The notes beneath the pieces were generated by a model. That model did not search any database. It was not told where the DNA came from and was given only the letters and a program-made list of their open reading frames with translations. From the NCBI GenBank assembly GCA_036172245.1, contig JAYWIR010000064.1:310001-374000 (forward strand): DNA of 64,000 nucleotides, written 5' to 3'. This document shows positions 1-14,900 of this stretch, piece by piece. The position numbers and the translations under genes were made by a program. This DNA is from Raillietiella orientalis (lineage: Eukaryota). Position 1 is the first letter of the stretch, and every line of letters starts with the position of its first letter.

Positions 1-3000
1 AAATCAGTTCCAACTCGTACACTTTCCATTGAATCCTACAAGCATTGTGTATCAAATAGATGCTGTGAACCTACTTATACAACAGTTTTTATAAATTGTT
101 TCCCTTTGCATAGTAAAGGCCACTTATGAAGTGCTGCACATAATGTCATTTTTTTATTTAAGGCAATCATTTGTATACTGAGATTGAAAGTAGTGGCTGA
201 TACTCTCATCTTGTATTCCCAAGGCTTGACTAAGTTTGCAAAAATCTGAGCTAGCTTCTCCAGTGGATCGTAAACAAAAACTAAGAACAAGAATGTGTGT
301 GAAGAGTTGAAGTTCCTGGAAGGAACCACCTAAATTTCTGGTTAAAACACCTTGTGAAAGCAAACCTACCAAAGTCATATAAACCTGTTTTGTTAGCCTG
401 GAGGATAGCTCTATTCCTTTTATGTTTGTTATTTTTGTTTTGATTTTCTAGAATCATGACTTTGGGGAAATCCAAATTTTTAATGCAGCAACTAAAATAA
501 GAAATCATCAGCATGTCTTGTTCAAGCAAAAAATTAAAAGGAACTAATGGAGTTTCGAAAATGGAAGTTGAAAACTTCTAATGAAATTACATAAAAGTTG
601 ACATGCATAAATACAACTTTAAAAATATGAATACAATACGCTATTCTGATATTACGTCCTTCCATTACAACACAACGTGGGTCACTTTGGTTAACAGTGC
701 AAATATTCTCACTGAAATGCTTCTGCACATATGGATGTATGAGCACTTGAATCTCCTAAAAGGGACATTCAAAATGCATAAAGAGTAATTTAGCACTGAC
801 TTCCTTGAGAGCATTAAATACTTCAGGCTCGAAGTCGGCCTGACTTTGATTCAACACACATCGGATTTCGATTAAGAGCAAACGTCTGTCACCAACCTAG
901 AAGGATAAAGTTTCAGGTGATTTGACTGGAGCTTATCTTGACGCTTGACTTGATGCAAACTTGACGTTATTGACTTTTAAAAAAAAAAAAAAAAGTTATT
1001 GCAGTTATCTATATTTTCAAACTGTATTCCGTGGATCACCGACTTTTACCTTTAATTTCTCAAGTACAGACTTTGTTCTCCACATGCATACGCCAGCTTC
1101 CTACCAGCAACGCTCCTTTTCAAATGCGCCTCTTCGCGCCGCGCGCTCTTCATCAGAGGCGACCACTGATTGCGGAATTTCGGGTTTACCACATCACAAC
1201 TATTAAATCTTTGACGCCTCCAGGCATTGCACTTCAGATACAAGACTGGACAATCTTTAAGCCTCCCTCGAACTAATCTGCGTTTCAAAATTTGCGGACC
1301 GCGTGTCCAATAGCTTTTCATCAGTCTAATGAAAATTCTATCCCCCAAAAAAGGTTCCCTTCTATTCACCGCAGCCTTTGGCATTTTTTTCCGACACTGC
1401 TGAGCTTTCTGACACCGAATCTGAATAACCCTCTCTTCAAAAAGATGTGCATACGCTACTTATTTACCATCCAATTTTATTTACCATCCAAGGATACAAA
1501 GAAGGCGCATGCTCGTGATGGTTTTTCATAAGTCAAAGGTTGAAGGGATTTACCGCACCTTTCAACCGTGCCTTACATCTCCGTTAAGCTATAGGAGGAT
1601 ATTTCCATGAAAGGTTTACTTGGGGAACGAACCAAAAAAGAAAATCCATCCCTGTTTCCGATCCTGAAAACGCTGCTGACCTCACATTTACATTATAATG
1701 CGGTTTCGTGCCAACGCATGCAGAAAACTACTTAAGCATAGAAGGAGACGGTTTTTGTTTACTTTGCCAGTGATGAGAAACGCTGAAATTATAAGAGACC
1801 ATAGTGGCAAAAAGATGCTGAGCCATGATGCCCACGAACTGATTGATAACTTGGCAAATAAAAATGTTTTGTAGTGAGTCTAATTAGGACTTACAGTTTC
1901 GTGAACAGGGATCTCGAAAGTATTCTCTGACCTTCATTTATGTTTGCTGGCACTGTTTTCTTAAAAGCAACAACGAATTTTGCGTGCTAAATTTTACGAA
2001 AGCTTTGCTTAGTCAGTCAATAAAAGACATAAGTTGGAAGCAGTAACTAATGGATACTCCAATTTTGAAGTTTTTGAGACTTCATGAGTACTGAAGAAAA
2101 GAAAAGATATGAAAAGATATGATTATGCTTGAAGATGATGTTGGTAGATTAAAAGCAAGCTACATTTTCAGTAGAACATTTTCATCTGATCCAGGAGAAG
2201 TATCAATTCCTTCAAGGAGTCTTTATTCTTAAGATGGAGTCTTCTCATTCCTACACTGCTGAAACTTTTCACCTTGTTGATGATTGAAAAAAAAGAGCAT
2301 ACCTCGAAAAATAATCAAGATTTGAAAGATTGATTTTCCGATCTCATAGATTACATTGTATTTTTGAAATCACAAGCATCAGAGAAAATGAAATTCGTCC
2401 TATATGAAGAGTTGAAACCAAACAAAGCAGCGTATAAGCAATTACATACTTCATTAATGTGCAGTTGAGTCGTTTTCAAAACTCTTCAAATTCTCCACTT
2501 AATAGAAATCAATTACACGCTGCTTGAAGATGGAAATGTAGGATAATCCTCATAAATGTAGGATGAATTTTGCTTTTACAGATGCATGCGTGTTTCAGTT
2601 TTTTTCTTTTTTTTTTCGACGCACATTGCCTACTGCGCAGATGGAATTATAGTTTCATAGGAAAATTCATAACGTGGTTTTCTTGTAATGGCACTGAACT
2701 GATTACAACACTGGAGAAAAGCATTGATGAAACGAAGTCACACTGAAAGCTGTCATGAAATTGAATAATTTTTTTTAAAAGGAAAGAAGATTGCATTGCT
2801 TTCAACACTGCTTTTCTTCGATATTTTGTATCTATGCATTCAGAATTTCTTTTAAAGAAACATGCAGAGTGAGGATTTAGTAGATATTCAATGCAAGCTG
2901 AAGCAATTTGTTCTTTCATACTGGATATATAGAACAGTGTTATGTCAGTGTCTACTGTTTGTGACTGGACTGTTGGATATTCCCAGCGTTCTTGCTCTAT

Positions 3001-4959
3001 TTTATGAGGAATGAGGAATATCTCGTGAACTTCTAATTTTGGTCTCATTTGCTTTGAATACCATCAAAGCAGATGAGGAAGCAAAACAAAATCAACCAGA
3101 CGTTGATTCCGTTTCCTTTTCCTTCTTTGCAAATACACCTCTTGAATTCGTAATATAGAACTTTGTTCTCATTTATCGTAACTGAATGCAATACAGCAAG
3201 TACCAAGCATTTGTCAAGATATCATCAAGAGTAAGATACTTCTGAATTCATATAGAGTTGATTGTATAGATCCAAATGAATCCTTTTGGAAATTCTTCCG
3301 CAAATTCAAAAGCATTGAGAGATTTCTGTTGCTGAAAATTAACAGGGAAAACAAATTGCAATAGTGGGGCAGCCTGACAACTTCGTACATATCAAAAATC
3401 GACACTTTAAGATATCGCTGCTGGAGTTTCCCTCAACCGGAAACTTGAGTGACCACGTACACCATGCATAAAACATGATTGGGTTTATAATTTTAAATAT
3501 TAACTAGTTAACTAATATATATATATTAACATGAATTTATATGATTTTAACATCATTATGTAACATAAAAATATTTAAATATGTTATCACATGATAATAT
3601 TAATTTTATACCTGATTTTAAATATACTGTTTATATTAAATCTTGAAAGTGAATTATCCTTTTTAGGCGACTTGGTCCTTCCACAATAATTTGCGTTGGT
3701 TTTATCCGTCATTGCTTCCATCTCTTCTTATGGATGCAGAATGGATGGGAACGAAAATGTAGAAAAACTTCATGTTCCCCTCTGGGACAATGACTACCAG
3801 AATGCGCTCAAGACGCTCAAAGTTCCTAATGTACAAGATGTTCGACCGTTTTGACCACAACAGTGATTATGGTCACCCGTTTCAAGTTATTAGCACTTAT
3901 TTTTGCGACCCCAACTCGGGGATAAAACTATTAACGGCTGAACAGCAGCAAGAGTTCAGTATCCTTCCTCGAATGCTGATGGAGCTGGCCTTCCCTATGA
4001 GTTCAGTTTCGAATCACTTGCTTGATAGGTGCGTGCATAATATACACCCTGCAACTATAAATGGAGACAGTGAATGCTCAGCGAGGTCATTTTTGTATAC
4101 TTGTGTCGTTGACGATGGATATAAAGAGACGACGATCGCAATAAAAGAAAAAAAAAAAAAAAAAATTCCTTATTGGAACACGCAGCAAACTGAACAGCGT
4201 AAACATTGCTGCGGGCAAGGTGGTGAACTCGAGCGAAACATCACGGTGACACAGCAGACTCCGTGGTTGAGCAAGAATAACAGAATCACAAACTGATGAG
4301 TTCTTCGATGAAGATCGAGAAAGTTGAAACTCCACACTCCACATCTCCCCTGGGTGCGATTTGGTCCCGACAGAGAAAGAATAAAGCTAAATTTTAGAAA
4401 ATGAATGCCCAACCGAATCGCATCTTAACCACTTTGAGATACTTGAGGAACCCCTCTGCACCCACGTGTGGCCAGATTAGAACCATGCAAGAGCACAACA
4501 TAAGATCAGACAACGAGCATCGAATGCGAGGCTCAGCTACTCCAAGGATGCAGTTCGACATATGTTGAAACCATGTATCACTTTGTGAGGGTAAAGTTCT
4601 TCAAGTTAGCTGGTTTCCAAGTTCGGACAAGATCAATAAATAATTGCAAACGCTATCATTATGATTATTTAAATAACGACCGTTAAATTTTGCAATACAG
4701 GATAATACATCACCACTTTTTTCGCTCATACAGCTGAAATGACGTAATTACCGATTCAACGCAATTATGAAGGTTATTTCCCATCTCAGAGCATTGATTT
4801 TGCACGCAAAGCACACAATGGTAGTCTTTGTAACCTCTGTTCTACGTATCCATCACGATTTTACTTAAAAAGGCGCAACATACGTAATCTTTACAGCTTA
4901 TTCTCACGAAAAATCTTGAATCCTCTTTAATTAATGGAAAAAAAAAAAAAACTTGGTGA

Positions 4960-5122
4960 ATGTTGCGTTCACATGAGGAGGAACAGAGCTGCTGTGGTGC
5001 CCGCGTTCTTTGTGCCATTCGGTCCAGCACATTCCGGAATGTGCTGGACCTGGGTCAAGGCACACATTACGGAACTGGAATTCACTAACACCCCAGCAGC
5101 TTGCTGTGGCAAAAGTGGATAA
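4960..5122 (+). pseudogene. Possible Tc1/IS630-type transposase C-terminal remnant
   Basis: Translation AVVPAFFVPFGPAHSGMCWTWVKAHITE resembles the LPPYxxxLNPIExxWxxxK motif. The NPIE part coincides with a perfect palindrome. Short and degenerate. Confidence 0.3.
5021..5050. repeat. Perfect 30-bp palindrome
   Basis: GGTCCAGCACATTCC followed directly by its reverse complement GGAATGTGCTGGACC. Confidence 0.95.
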
Positions 5123-6292
5123 ACCTCGATGAAGTCGCATCGAAGTGGAGTCACTCGACCTTGAACAAGAAGCAAGAAACAAGATCTAAACGTGCATCGG
5201 CCTCACAAAAGCTTTTGCAAAAGTTGCTTTTTGCTCACGAAAAAAAAGTCTTTGCGTCAAAAACAATCGACGGAAATGGCAATCACATAAAGAACGTACG
5301 ATGTGTGATGTAAAGCTCTGCTGATAAGCCCGAATGGGTGGCAGTGTGGTTTAATAGAGAGATAAGGGATATGGCACCATCCAAAAGAGAAAGGGATCAA
5401 TCAACAACCACTAGCAATCTTTCACCTTCAAGCTTGCCATCTTTCACCCATCCATACTTCGTGTACATAGAAGAAAGTACTATGAATAAAAGGAAGTGCA
5501 CTGCTGACCAACAAGTAGCTGAACTTTATGCTGGATGCGATCGTACGGGTTGAGATCACGCTAGAAACTCGTCCCGAATCTTTGGCGCTGCTCCCTATTT
5601 CCCTATTTTACTCTTCTTTTTCCATGTGGAAGATTTACAGGTTCACATAACTCCACAGATGAATCATTGATGCAGCTTACGGTTTTTACCATTAAATAGG
5701 ATACGATAATCAGTTTGTGGAGATTCCCACGAAACAAAACGGAGCTCAAAGAAGCGACTTTCCAATAGCAAAACCAAAATAAATGATTTAGAGTTTCCGA
5801 TAAACGTCCCATATTTCGCAAGTCAGTGACTTAATTCCGATCGAAGAAAATCCAGATGCCTGTCGGAAGGGGAAAAAAAAAGAAAAAAAAACCAGATAAA
5901 TAAACAATGCAACAACGTAATATTTTTTCAATTATAATATTATAATTCAAATACATGAAGGTATATGTCAGTAAACATGTACCATTTAAACTGAACACAT
6001 GCTATTTTAGCGCTAAGAATATTAACGGTTCATTAAGCAGAAGTGTAATGTAGAAATTGGCCACGATGCCAGGAGACTTCATTTCTTGAAGTACCACTAC
6101 GAGATCCTTTCACCTCATTTTCAGCATTCGGGAAATGGGAACTGAAACACCAAAAAACAGAAGGCATTACCGCTGATGGAATTTTCAGGGAAACGAGCGA
6201 CAGCAAGAGGTTTCAAAAGCATTGGATCGCACTCCCTCCGTCATCTGCTGCTTTCAATAGAAGTACCTTTTTTCCATGGAATATCGCAAGCA

Positions 6293-6499
6293 TCACTTGC
6301 TTCTTTTGCACCAGAACTTCACAGTTGACCAAGGGACGTTGTACGCCCTCGACACGTCGGATACCTTCATTCCCTTCCGAACGGCATCTACAACCTGCTG
6401 TTTCTCCTGCAATGTGTACGGCCGACTTTTATTGCTGACAGGAAGCTGCTGATAATGTTGCGACAATCCTTTACATTCTGAAACATTCATGGACACCAC
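6293..6499 (-). CDS. Pipsqueak/CENP-B-N-type helix-turn-helix (probable terminal exon or small ORF)
   Basis: RPYTLQEKQQVVDAVRKGMKVSDVSRAYNVPWSTVKFW fits the psq pattern Y..E....A...V..GM.....A..Y.VP.STL. The frame is intact and stops right after the domain. Candidate acceptor (TTCTTGACCAG/CAG) lies just upstream. Confidence 0.7.
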   Translation of the reverse strand: MVSMNVSECKGLSQHYQQLPVSNKSRPYTLQEKQQVVDAVRKGMKVSDVSRAYNVPWSTVKFWCKRSK

Positions 6500-6754
6500 T
6501 GCTGGTCAAGAAGATGTTCTTAAAAGCGTTTAAAGAAATGAAAATGACCGAAGCGCTGCTTTGCCACTGTGCTTTGCACTACGGTGTCGTTGAAAGCGTT
6601 AACAAAACCACACATACCACAAATTTCGAACTATTTACGAAACATTTAGAACTTGACCGAGAAGGCTCGGTTACGCAGCAACCGCAGAATCAGCCCGGCG
6701 TGCGAAGTCGGACTGCATGACTGCAGAGATCTGTATTTTCTCTCTCTCTCTCTC

Positions 6755-6790
<36 letters not shown>

Positions 6791-9194
6791 AGAAAACACG
6801 AAAAACGGGATGAACTATCAAATCATCCAAAGTTCTGATGACGCGCCCACAAAATGTCTTTTCTGCTGTTGCTGTCGTTTTCGAACCGCCACCGAACATT
6901 GGAAAACTGGTGATTTGGGTGCTTCAGAACGGGAATGGATAGCATTTATTTATTTACTATTTATTTTGCTATAGGGAGTCGTTCGTTTCGGCTGTGAAAA
7001 CACCTCAGCACTTTTTTCAACAAAGCACGGAATGTGAGAAGGCAACACATTGGAGAGAAACTTACTTTCGTGCACTTCTCTGTCGTTTTCCACATCTGCG
7101 TATTTTTCGATATTCAGGTTGCTATCGAAATGCGACGAAAAATTGGAGTCTCCAGAATTGGGCTAGAAAGAACACGATAAATAAGTTCCCTCGAAAACCA
7201 ACTGCCCATCAAAATTCACAACACAATGTCAAAAACTTATGGTTTCAATCATAATGGGAAACTTACAAAACCAAAAAATCTCATCGAATAAGAACTGTTA
7301 CAATTTCCTAATGACACATCCCCCTCCCACCCACCCACCCCCAAAAAAAAAAAAAAAATGAATAAGCACAAAATCATGGAAACTAACCAAAAGATTTGCA
7401 ATTAATCGTTACGTCATGCCATCATAATATGTACCGCCAAGTATAGTATACTTAATTGTTCCATCTATCGTATCTCAAAAGTGTTTAGAAAATCAAAAAT
7501 TCACAGAGTTCATAGACGTTCGGTGTCGTTGCCACGTAAAGAACAAATTTTCAGTTACTCTTGGAAACAACACTGAAGAAATGAATGGTAACGGAAAAGA
7601 GCGTTCTCGAGAAAGGCATATGAAAATTCAACCTCACACAGACAATTAATAGGCTACTCAAAAGAAATACAAATCCATAAAATTGTGTACATCTTCAAAT
7701 AGGAATGAAGATTTTTAACTTACTTTCAAGCAACAAGAAATTCATAATGCAATTGTGCTGCATCTAAAAAATTCATCAGTAATTTAAAGTATTACAGTCA
7801 TTAAAGAGACATATATCAAACAATAATTTGATGTAGTACATGGTTAACTAGATCATTTTTTTTTTTTTTCTTTCCCGCCTTAACAGTAATACATTAAGCA
7901 TTGATTCCGCTCAGCGACTATTGAACACACAGAACTTGATTATACTTTATTACATAAAATCCCTATTTACGAATTCTCGACAAGCCGATAGGGGGGTTCG
8001 TTTTAACTTGAATTCAAAGGCTCCTTTGCTGACAGAAAACAGATATCTCGGAAACGGCGTAGGGTCAGCCTGTCCTGCGTGCCACTGAGCATTCGCGATG
8101 TGGAAACACATCTCACTGAGGTTCATCTGCCTTCGCACTTCGGCACAGCTGCGCAGGAACTCCAAAAACGAACCCTGCGGCATTCTAAGGGCTCTGGGAC
8201 TTTCCCTGAAGCTGCACAACTGCTCTCGGAAATAAACACCAACCACCACGGAATCGCTGAAAGGATTTATCTTCCGGTCCCCGAACAAGAAGTCCCTCAT
8301 TCGCGAGTCCGTTTTCCTCAGAAACGATGAGCAGATCGAAGGAAGGAAGATCATTCCCAAAGGAAGATCGACGCTGCGAACGAGGTTTTCCGTCCAACAG
8401 TTATGCAGTACACATTTAGTGAGCTGAATGTGGTCGGTGCCAGCCAAAAAAAAAATGGAAATTCCTATTTGATCTTAACATCCGAGTTCACATTTTCCTC
8501 ATACTCCGATCGAATACGGAAACACAGACGCTGAAAAAGACCCATGCATGTGATACAGTGTGTGAGTATGACCTGTACCGAATATTTTGAGAAACGTATA
8601 GTTGCAAAAAGTTTACACTGTGTTAGCACGGCCCGATCTTCTAATCAATTCTATCGTTATCTACCAACAGTGTACAGCAATAGAATATGCCAACACCGCG
8701 AAGGAATGTGAAGCGTGCATCGGCTCTGCCCACGGACTTTGGAAAGAAAATTTATTTCTGGTACCAATGATGACTCCTCTCTCTCTCCCCTTTCGATCAA
8801 CCTACTGGCTGCGAGATTCATTTTAAAAGTGTACAAAGTCAAAATTGTACATGTTCTGCCAAATTTGCTGACGCTGTTCGGTGTGATAACAAATTGTGCC
8901 ACCTTTTCGGAATGCCAGCCAACTTCATCAGAGTCCAGCTTCTCTGTTACAGAGCACATTCTATATAGTCACCTTTGCTGGAATCGCTGCCTTTATAGAA
9001 TGTTGCTGATTGTATCGAGATGGGTAGTCGAAAATAATAATAATAATAACCCTGGATAATTAAACAAAAGAAACCAAATCGTTGAACAGTAGTAACATGA
9101 ATTTTTATAACCAAATGAACAAATTTAGTAACATTACAAAAGTAAAAATAATGATAGTGTATGGTAAATGATGATGATGACACCATATAAAATT

Positions 9195-10060
9195 TCATTC
9201 AAACTTCTTCACGATTGCTTCTTCCCGTATTCGTCTCAGGAGAAGAATATCATGAACAGGAAGGCAGACACTTTCTGACCACTCAATGGCTAAACTGAAT
9301 GAGTCGATCACTGTGTCGATATCAACATTTGTTTGAACATTTTTAAAGCGCCTTGAATGAGCTGCCTTCCCAATCATCATTAAGAGTAATTTGTGATTAC
9401 CCCTGGCATTGACACAGGGCGTTAAAGTGACCCTTTCCTTTTGCATTTTTTCTCCCAGGGGCTGTTACTTCATTTCGATGAACATTAGTTTTATTTGGTA
9501 ATCCTTTGTACACCAGTCCTGTTTCGTCACAATTATAGACTTGCTCCATTAAATATTGGGTTTCATTAACTATCTCTTCAAAATTTTCCAAGAAAACTGG
9601 AACCTGCGAGGCGTCGCACGAAGGCTTCTCCCCGGATATGGTCAATGAGCGAGCACCATGTCTTTTCTTGAAGTTGCTCATCCACCCATCACTTGCCAAA
9701 AATTCCCCATCGCATCCCAACGGAACATGAATTCCCTTGGCCTTTCATTTCAAGATTTCATTTGTGATGATGATGTTTTTCAAGTCTCGCTGTTGCCAGA
9801 AACCACGAATGCAAAACTCGTTCCATTTCAGGAAATTCCGAGGTCGCCATCACCCCCATGTTTCGGTGTTTCGGGACATCGCAGCAAGAGGCGACGTGGC
9901 CCTCTCTTCAGTTCCCTTCATTTCCCACGATTTTCGAAACTGCTGATTTATCCACGTTACGTTTCAAACACAGCACTTTTACCTTCGTTCCCTTCTCGAT
10001 TTCACGTAAAATATGCAACTTCTGTTCGATAGGTAATGAATTTCTCTTACTTTTTCCCAT
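9195..10060 (-). pseudogene. Tigger/pogo (jerky/TIGD-like) transposase, disrupted
   Basis: ATG at 10060 gives MGKSKRNSLPIEQKLHILREIEKG (CENP-B N-terminal HTH), then an in-frame stop. Downstream are FLASDGWMSNFKKRHG (HTH_Tnp_Tc5), VYNCDETGL (first DDE Asp) and, after a frameshift, KERVTLTPCVNARGNHKLLLMMIGK. The C-terminal DDE region is missing. Confidence 0.9.
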
Positions 10061-11689
10061 CTTTAACGCGGCAGAAAAAGAAAAAATTTTCTTTTATCCA
10101 ATGACAGAAAACTTAGAAATGTTGACTACATCACGTCAAAAGTTTCTTTCGTCAAAGGTGACCACATCCAATGTGCCCTGTGTAATCGAGCTCTGAACAA
10201 AGCGGCTCACACAATAACACTTCAAAACACCATAGAAATAACATAGCTTTTAAAAAGCGTACTGACAGTGAGAAAACATTCAACCACTAATGTTGCATCT
10301 TCATTGCAGCCTACTTCTGCTATATGCCATCTACAATTAAGATGAAATCAATACAAACTCTGAGTGGGTTGTGCCCATCACAATCCCAAAACACTGGAAC
10401 CCCACGGTCCACTGGAAATCCAGGTAAAAACACGAACGTGCACTGTTTAATGCATGACCTTTTTAAAAAAAAAAATTAAAAATACACCGCTCGTAAAGAA
10501 GATAAGACGCTCGCAAAGAGCCCTACCATGGACACGAACGCAATACCAAATCCAAGTGGTTCGATCGATCACAGGTACTTGTCATTAAAGCTGCTATTGA
10601 AATTGAAATCCGAAAAATGACCGGGAACTTGGTCTCCTCCTTCGGAAGGAGACTTCCCTCTCCTGAACGGATCAGCAACAACAAAAGAGAAAACTGGACA
10701 CTTTTTTTTTAAAAAAAAAAAAAACTCCTCAAAGTCTTCATTGTGAAACTTATTCAAAACTCCCCCTTCGTGTTACTCGAATCCTGCACAGAAACAAAAA
10801 GAAAGCTCATGCAGACCTCTAGCATGTATGGTGACTCATTCGTATGCAAACCATGGGTCGCAATGTACTCCGCATAGTCACGGGTAAGATCCCGGAGTCC
10901 ACAACACAAATCATTTTTTTTGGGGGGGGGCGAATCGTTCAAATCAAAGGATGAATTGATTCGATGATTGATTTCATTCGGCTGCAGATGCCTTGAATTA
11001 GTTGTACTGTACTCAACGCACGGGAATGTGGAGCAAAGAAACCACAGACAGCAACCTGTAAAACCGTACCACTGTTCTGAGCCACAGTCAACGTATGTAC
11101 GATTCTATAATAAGCTCATTTAAGTTTCAATGCACTTATATATCAGAATTATTTGGATTTTTCTTAATGATTTCATTCCCTCCCCAACTAAGAAGGATTT
11201 TTTTCTCTTTTCATATTGGGAAATGGAGTAACTGTACTTGTAAATTCGATACATTGGAAAAAGACTAAAATGTTAAAAAAATGTCAAAAATGTTGAAAAT
11301 AGGAATGTTTTAAGAAATGATAAGCACATTTTTGTGTGACTGTTTAGCACTCTAGACTCTTTCAGTTTTCGGATCTCTAGCGAATCAATTCCACTGAATG
11401 AAAAAACTCGTATGTATATACATATTTCAGCTATTTTTTGTATTCACTGATCTATCTTGTAATGTTTGACAGAGAGTATCTGGACTTAATGTCTCCAACT
11501 GCATTGTTCCTAAATTTCATTTGAAATGCTAACGCATCAGCTGCATCATCCCATATGCTATAAGACAATTTTTCATTCTTACAATATTTAGAACAAAATT
11601 TTCAAATTCAGCATTTCTAGAAAAAAGACGGACCACCCCGGAAAGTTTCCATAACAACAGTAAACGTCATCAGTTCTTCACCGATTTCG

Positions 11690-11900
11690 AAATACAATCT
11701 GAAGCATTGCCACTACTTGTCCTTATCGTTTCCTTCCCTCTGAATGTTCCGTTTCCGAAAATCCCAATGCCTGTTTCAAACACGTCCGTGTATAAAAGCA
11801 GCTGATCACACTGATCCTGGGTGTATTCTCCTCGATGGCGAAGTGTCCCTCAACTCTTTGTACCCAGTTTTCGAAATTGCTGCTCCCGTGCCACTTTATT
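11690..11900 (-). pseudogene. Possible LTR (gypsy-type) gag N-terminal remnant
   Basis: Manual translation SNFENWVQRVEGHFAIEE resembles the W..W..RF..YF gag start motif. Broken by stops. Confidence 0.2.
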
Positions 11901-14900
11901 TACCACGCGGGGGCGTGACCGCCTGATTGTGCGAAACACGTGCCACTCTTGATCACAAAAGCAATTTTTTCGATTCGTGAACCGACTTTGCCGTCATGAC
12001 ATGCGCTGACGGGGGAGACACCGAGACGGACCTGGTTCAAGGATGTGGTTCCATGGCGACCGCGACATCGGTTCGAGCTTCGCACATATCGTGAAGAGTG
12101 AACTACTGAGAAGTTCTTGTTTTGAGCTACAGATTTCTTATCCTTGTTGCCATGGAACCAGGAGGTTGGAAAGGATGTGCAACTTGAAACACGAAATGTG
12201 TTGTTTTCAACGAGAATGTTCCATAATTTAGAAATACAAGACTAAGAAATGGAAAGGGAGCTTATAATCACTGATTCGGAATATCATTTAAAAATCGTTG
12301 CATAAGCTACAGAGAATTGAAAACACACCCACAGTTCAAATCAAGGTTTAGTAATAACCATGCATTTGAAGAGAACAGAAAACACAAACCTATTCCAATA
12401 GAACAACTGGATAAAGGACGAAGAATTATGCCGATGCTATGTACAAAAAAAAGCAATCAAGCAAGCATCAAAGTACTGAGCTCACTTCACCGTTTTCTGT
12501 ACAACTATACTTTTTTTGTAAAGCATGAAAAAGAAGAAGCTCCTCGGTCAGGGCTCAGTTAAACTCGTTCCATTCATATACTCGTATGACAAGAAGAAAG
12601 GAAAGAGAAATTCGGAGCTTTCTCACTTTCCGCGCTTTTTCCACGACTCCGTGAAAGTCACGAATCCACTTAGAAAAATACATTCAGAACTTTCTCCGAG
12701 TTATGGCGTAGAGTACGGACAGTTGCTTCTTGACTGAAGATGTTCGATGTTCGACATCCACAGCATCAACTGGTTTGCTAATCGCTCTATGATTTTAATC
12801 TGTTAAGCACAACGTTCTTGTAGAGGATGCACAAAAGCTGTGACAGTCCATAAACGGCCAGTAATTGACACTGTGTACACGTTTACGAACACCGTTTGCC
12901 ACCGACCCACGATTCCATTGATTGCATCATTCTTCGTTCAAATTCTGAAGTCATGAAATTTGGTCGAAATTACTCCCGAAAGGTCGATGACTGGCGCTTG
13001 ATTTCTACTTTGGTTCCGCTCCTTAGCTGGAGTGGACGATCCCGTGTCCGGTGTTATCACGATCAACGCAGTTTAACTGAAGTACTCATTTCCATTCTCC
13101 TCAACATGTGTAGTTTCATGTGTTGTGCTGTAAGGAACCAAAGGAACTTGCAACGTTCAAACCTCACTGCCAGTGGTGTGCTTTTTAAAAGAAGCGCAAG
13201 CTAAGGATGAAATACTGGTGACTCATTTTACGTTACTCTAGAAATGCCGTGTAATTTAGAGCAAACACCGAGTGGAAACTTACAGGATGATGTTATAGAG
13301 ATTATACTGATGCTATATTCTCCGATAACAAAGGCATCAATATGAAAACGATGATGCTAATGGGATATGGAGACCTGATATCAACAGAAAGATCGAAAAT
13401 TAAATCTGACATCGTTACATTTCACGGCAGAACAACGACGTGAAGTCCTTTACGTCCGATTCACTGACTCGAACAGCTCGCTTTTTTGATTATTTGTATT
13501 TCCTGGACCTTATCCCGATCTTATTATGTACTTGTGATCATCAACTTGCTCATCAATTTTCACTGCTTTACACACTGAACGAATGCACACAGAATTCGAA
13601 TGCAATTCTGGAAACCAGAATTTCCATACGTCACGACTTGATATACGAATCTCAATACATCAGCTGCCTTCCATATATTGAAGAACATGACAGATAAACT
13701 GTCCGGACGAGCACATCTGCTCTCGGCGGAAGAATTCCAGCTATCGGATAAGATGTCGACTCGGTCCAGATCATCATCAGGGAGGGGCACGAGTGATTGG
13801 ACGCTCCTTCAACGCTCCTTTCGTTTCACGAATTGATGGAAGGGCATTTACAGATTTGGTAGTCACCCACGTGAGCAATTTCAATGCTTATGTCCCGCCT
13901 ACGATTTGAAAGCCTCTTCCTTAGAAGAGTTATCGTTTTTTGTGTGTCTTCTTTTTTTTTTCTTCTTTACATTGGCGCTTCTCGAAACAAAATTTGAATC
14001 GCTGGTTATTTTTCAATTCATTTTCTTGATTTTAATTTCAAAAGGGGAGATGAAATTTTAAAAGCAAATAAAATCAAACTACTCTGGGAGTGTCATTTAT
14101 TTATTTATTTATTTTTAGCCTTTATTACTTTTAAATTAGTCATAAAATTGTTCATTAGCTGTGCAAAAAAAAGCATGCCTTGAATTACTTTTACAAAAAT
14201 CTAATGCAGACCTCAAGTGTGAATTTTGCATTCAAAAATTCTGAATCTATGCTGACTGTATACTAATTACGTAAATAAACTTCCTACCTGTTCTTCGATA
14301 CTATTAAAATATTCCAGGTGGATGTCGTTCTCAACTTTGATATCCTAAAAAGAACAAAAATCTTTCATTTACTTTTCGTACTGGTGTCAAGACTGCATGA
14401 ATTAGGTACACTGCAATGTGAATAACAGTTTAACAACTTTCAAACTGGAGACAGGCATCTTTACACAACAAAAAATTCCTGATAGAATGCAACTGCCTCG
14501 GTGCAAATACGAGATGAACCTGCACAACTTCCGTTTAAGATGGCAAAATTGGAAGTAAAAACGGAATTACTTTTGTTTTCACTTTGTTTGCTCTAGGCAT
14601 ATGACCTAAGACAAGAAAGAAAGAAAAGGAAAGAAATTTTCTCCCTTTGACCTGGCCGGAAAAACCACGCAGGTGCCCCCACAAGCTGCTAACAGCTGCT
14701 GCAATCGAAACACAAAAAGCGACATGAATTTTGAAATTTGATACCTTGGAAATGGGGAATTTTTTATCCATGGGGAAATCAAGAGACGGAACGAAACTTA
14801 AAGTACGCAGCCGAAGACCCTGTTGGCAATGGTCACCACATTTATTTAGCCAATTTTAGAGAATGTTTTCAAATTAGCTCACAATCACAAACAACTTGAG

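Noticed and set aside
6737..6787. (CT)n and poly-T tract, and many other poly-A/T runs
   Set aside because: Ordinary microsatellites and homopolymers.
7950..8447. 165-aa ORF and a CPACH zinc-finger-like word on the opposite strand
   Set aside because: A stop follows the CxxC immediately and ligand spacing is incomplete, so nothing is assignable.
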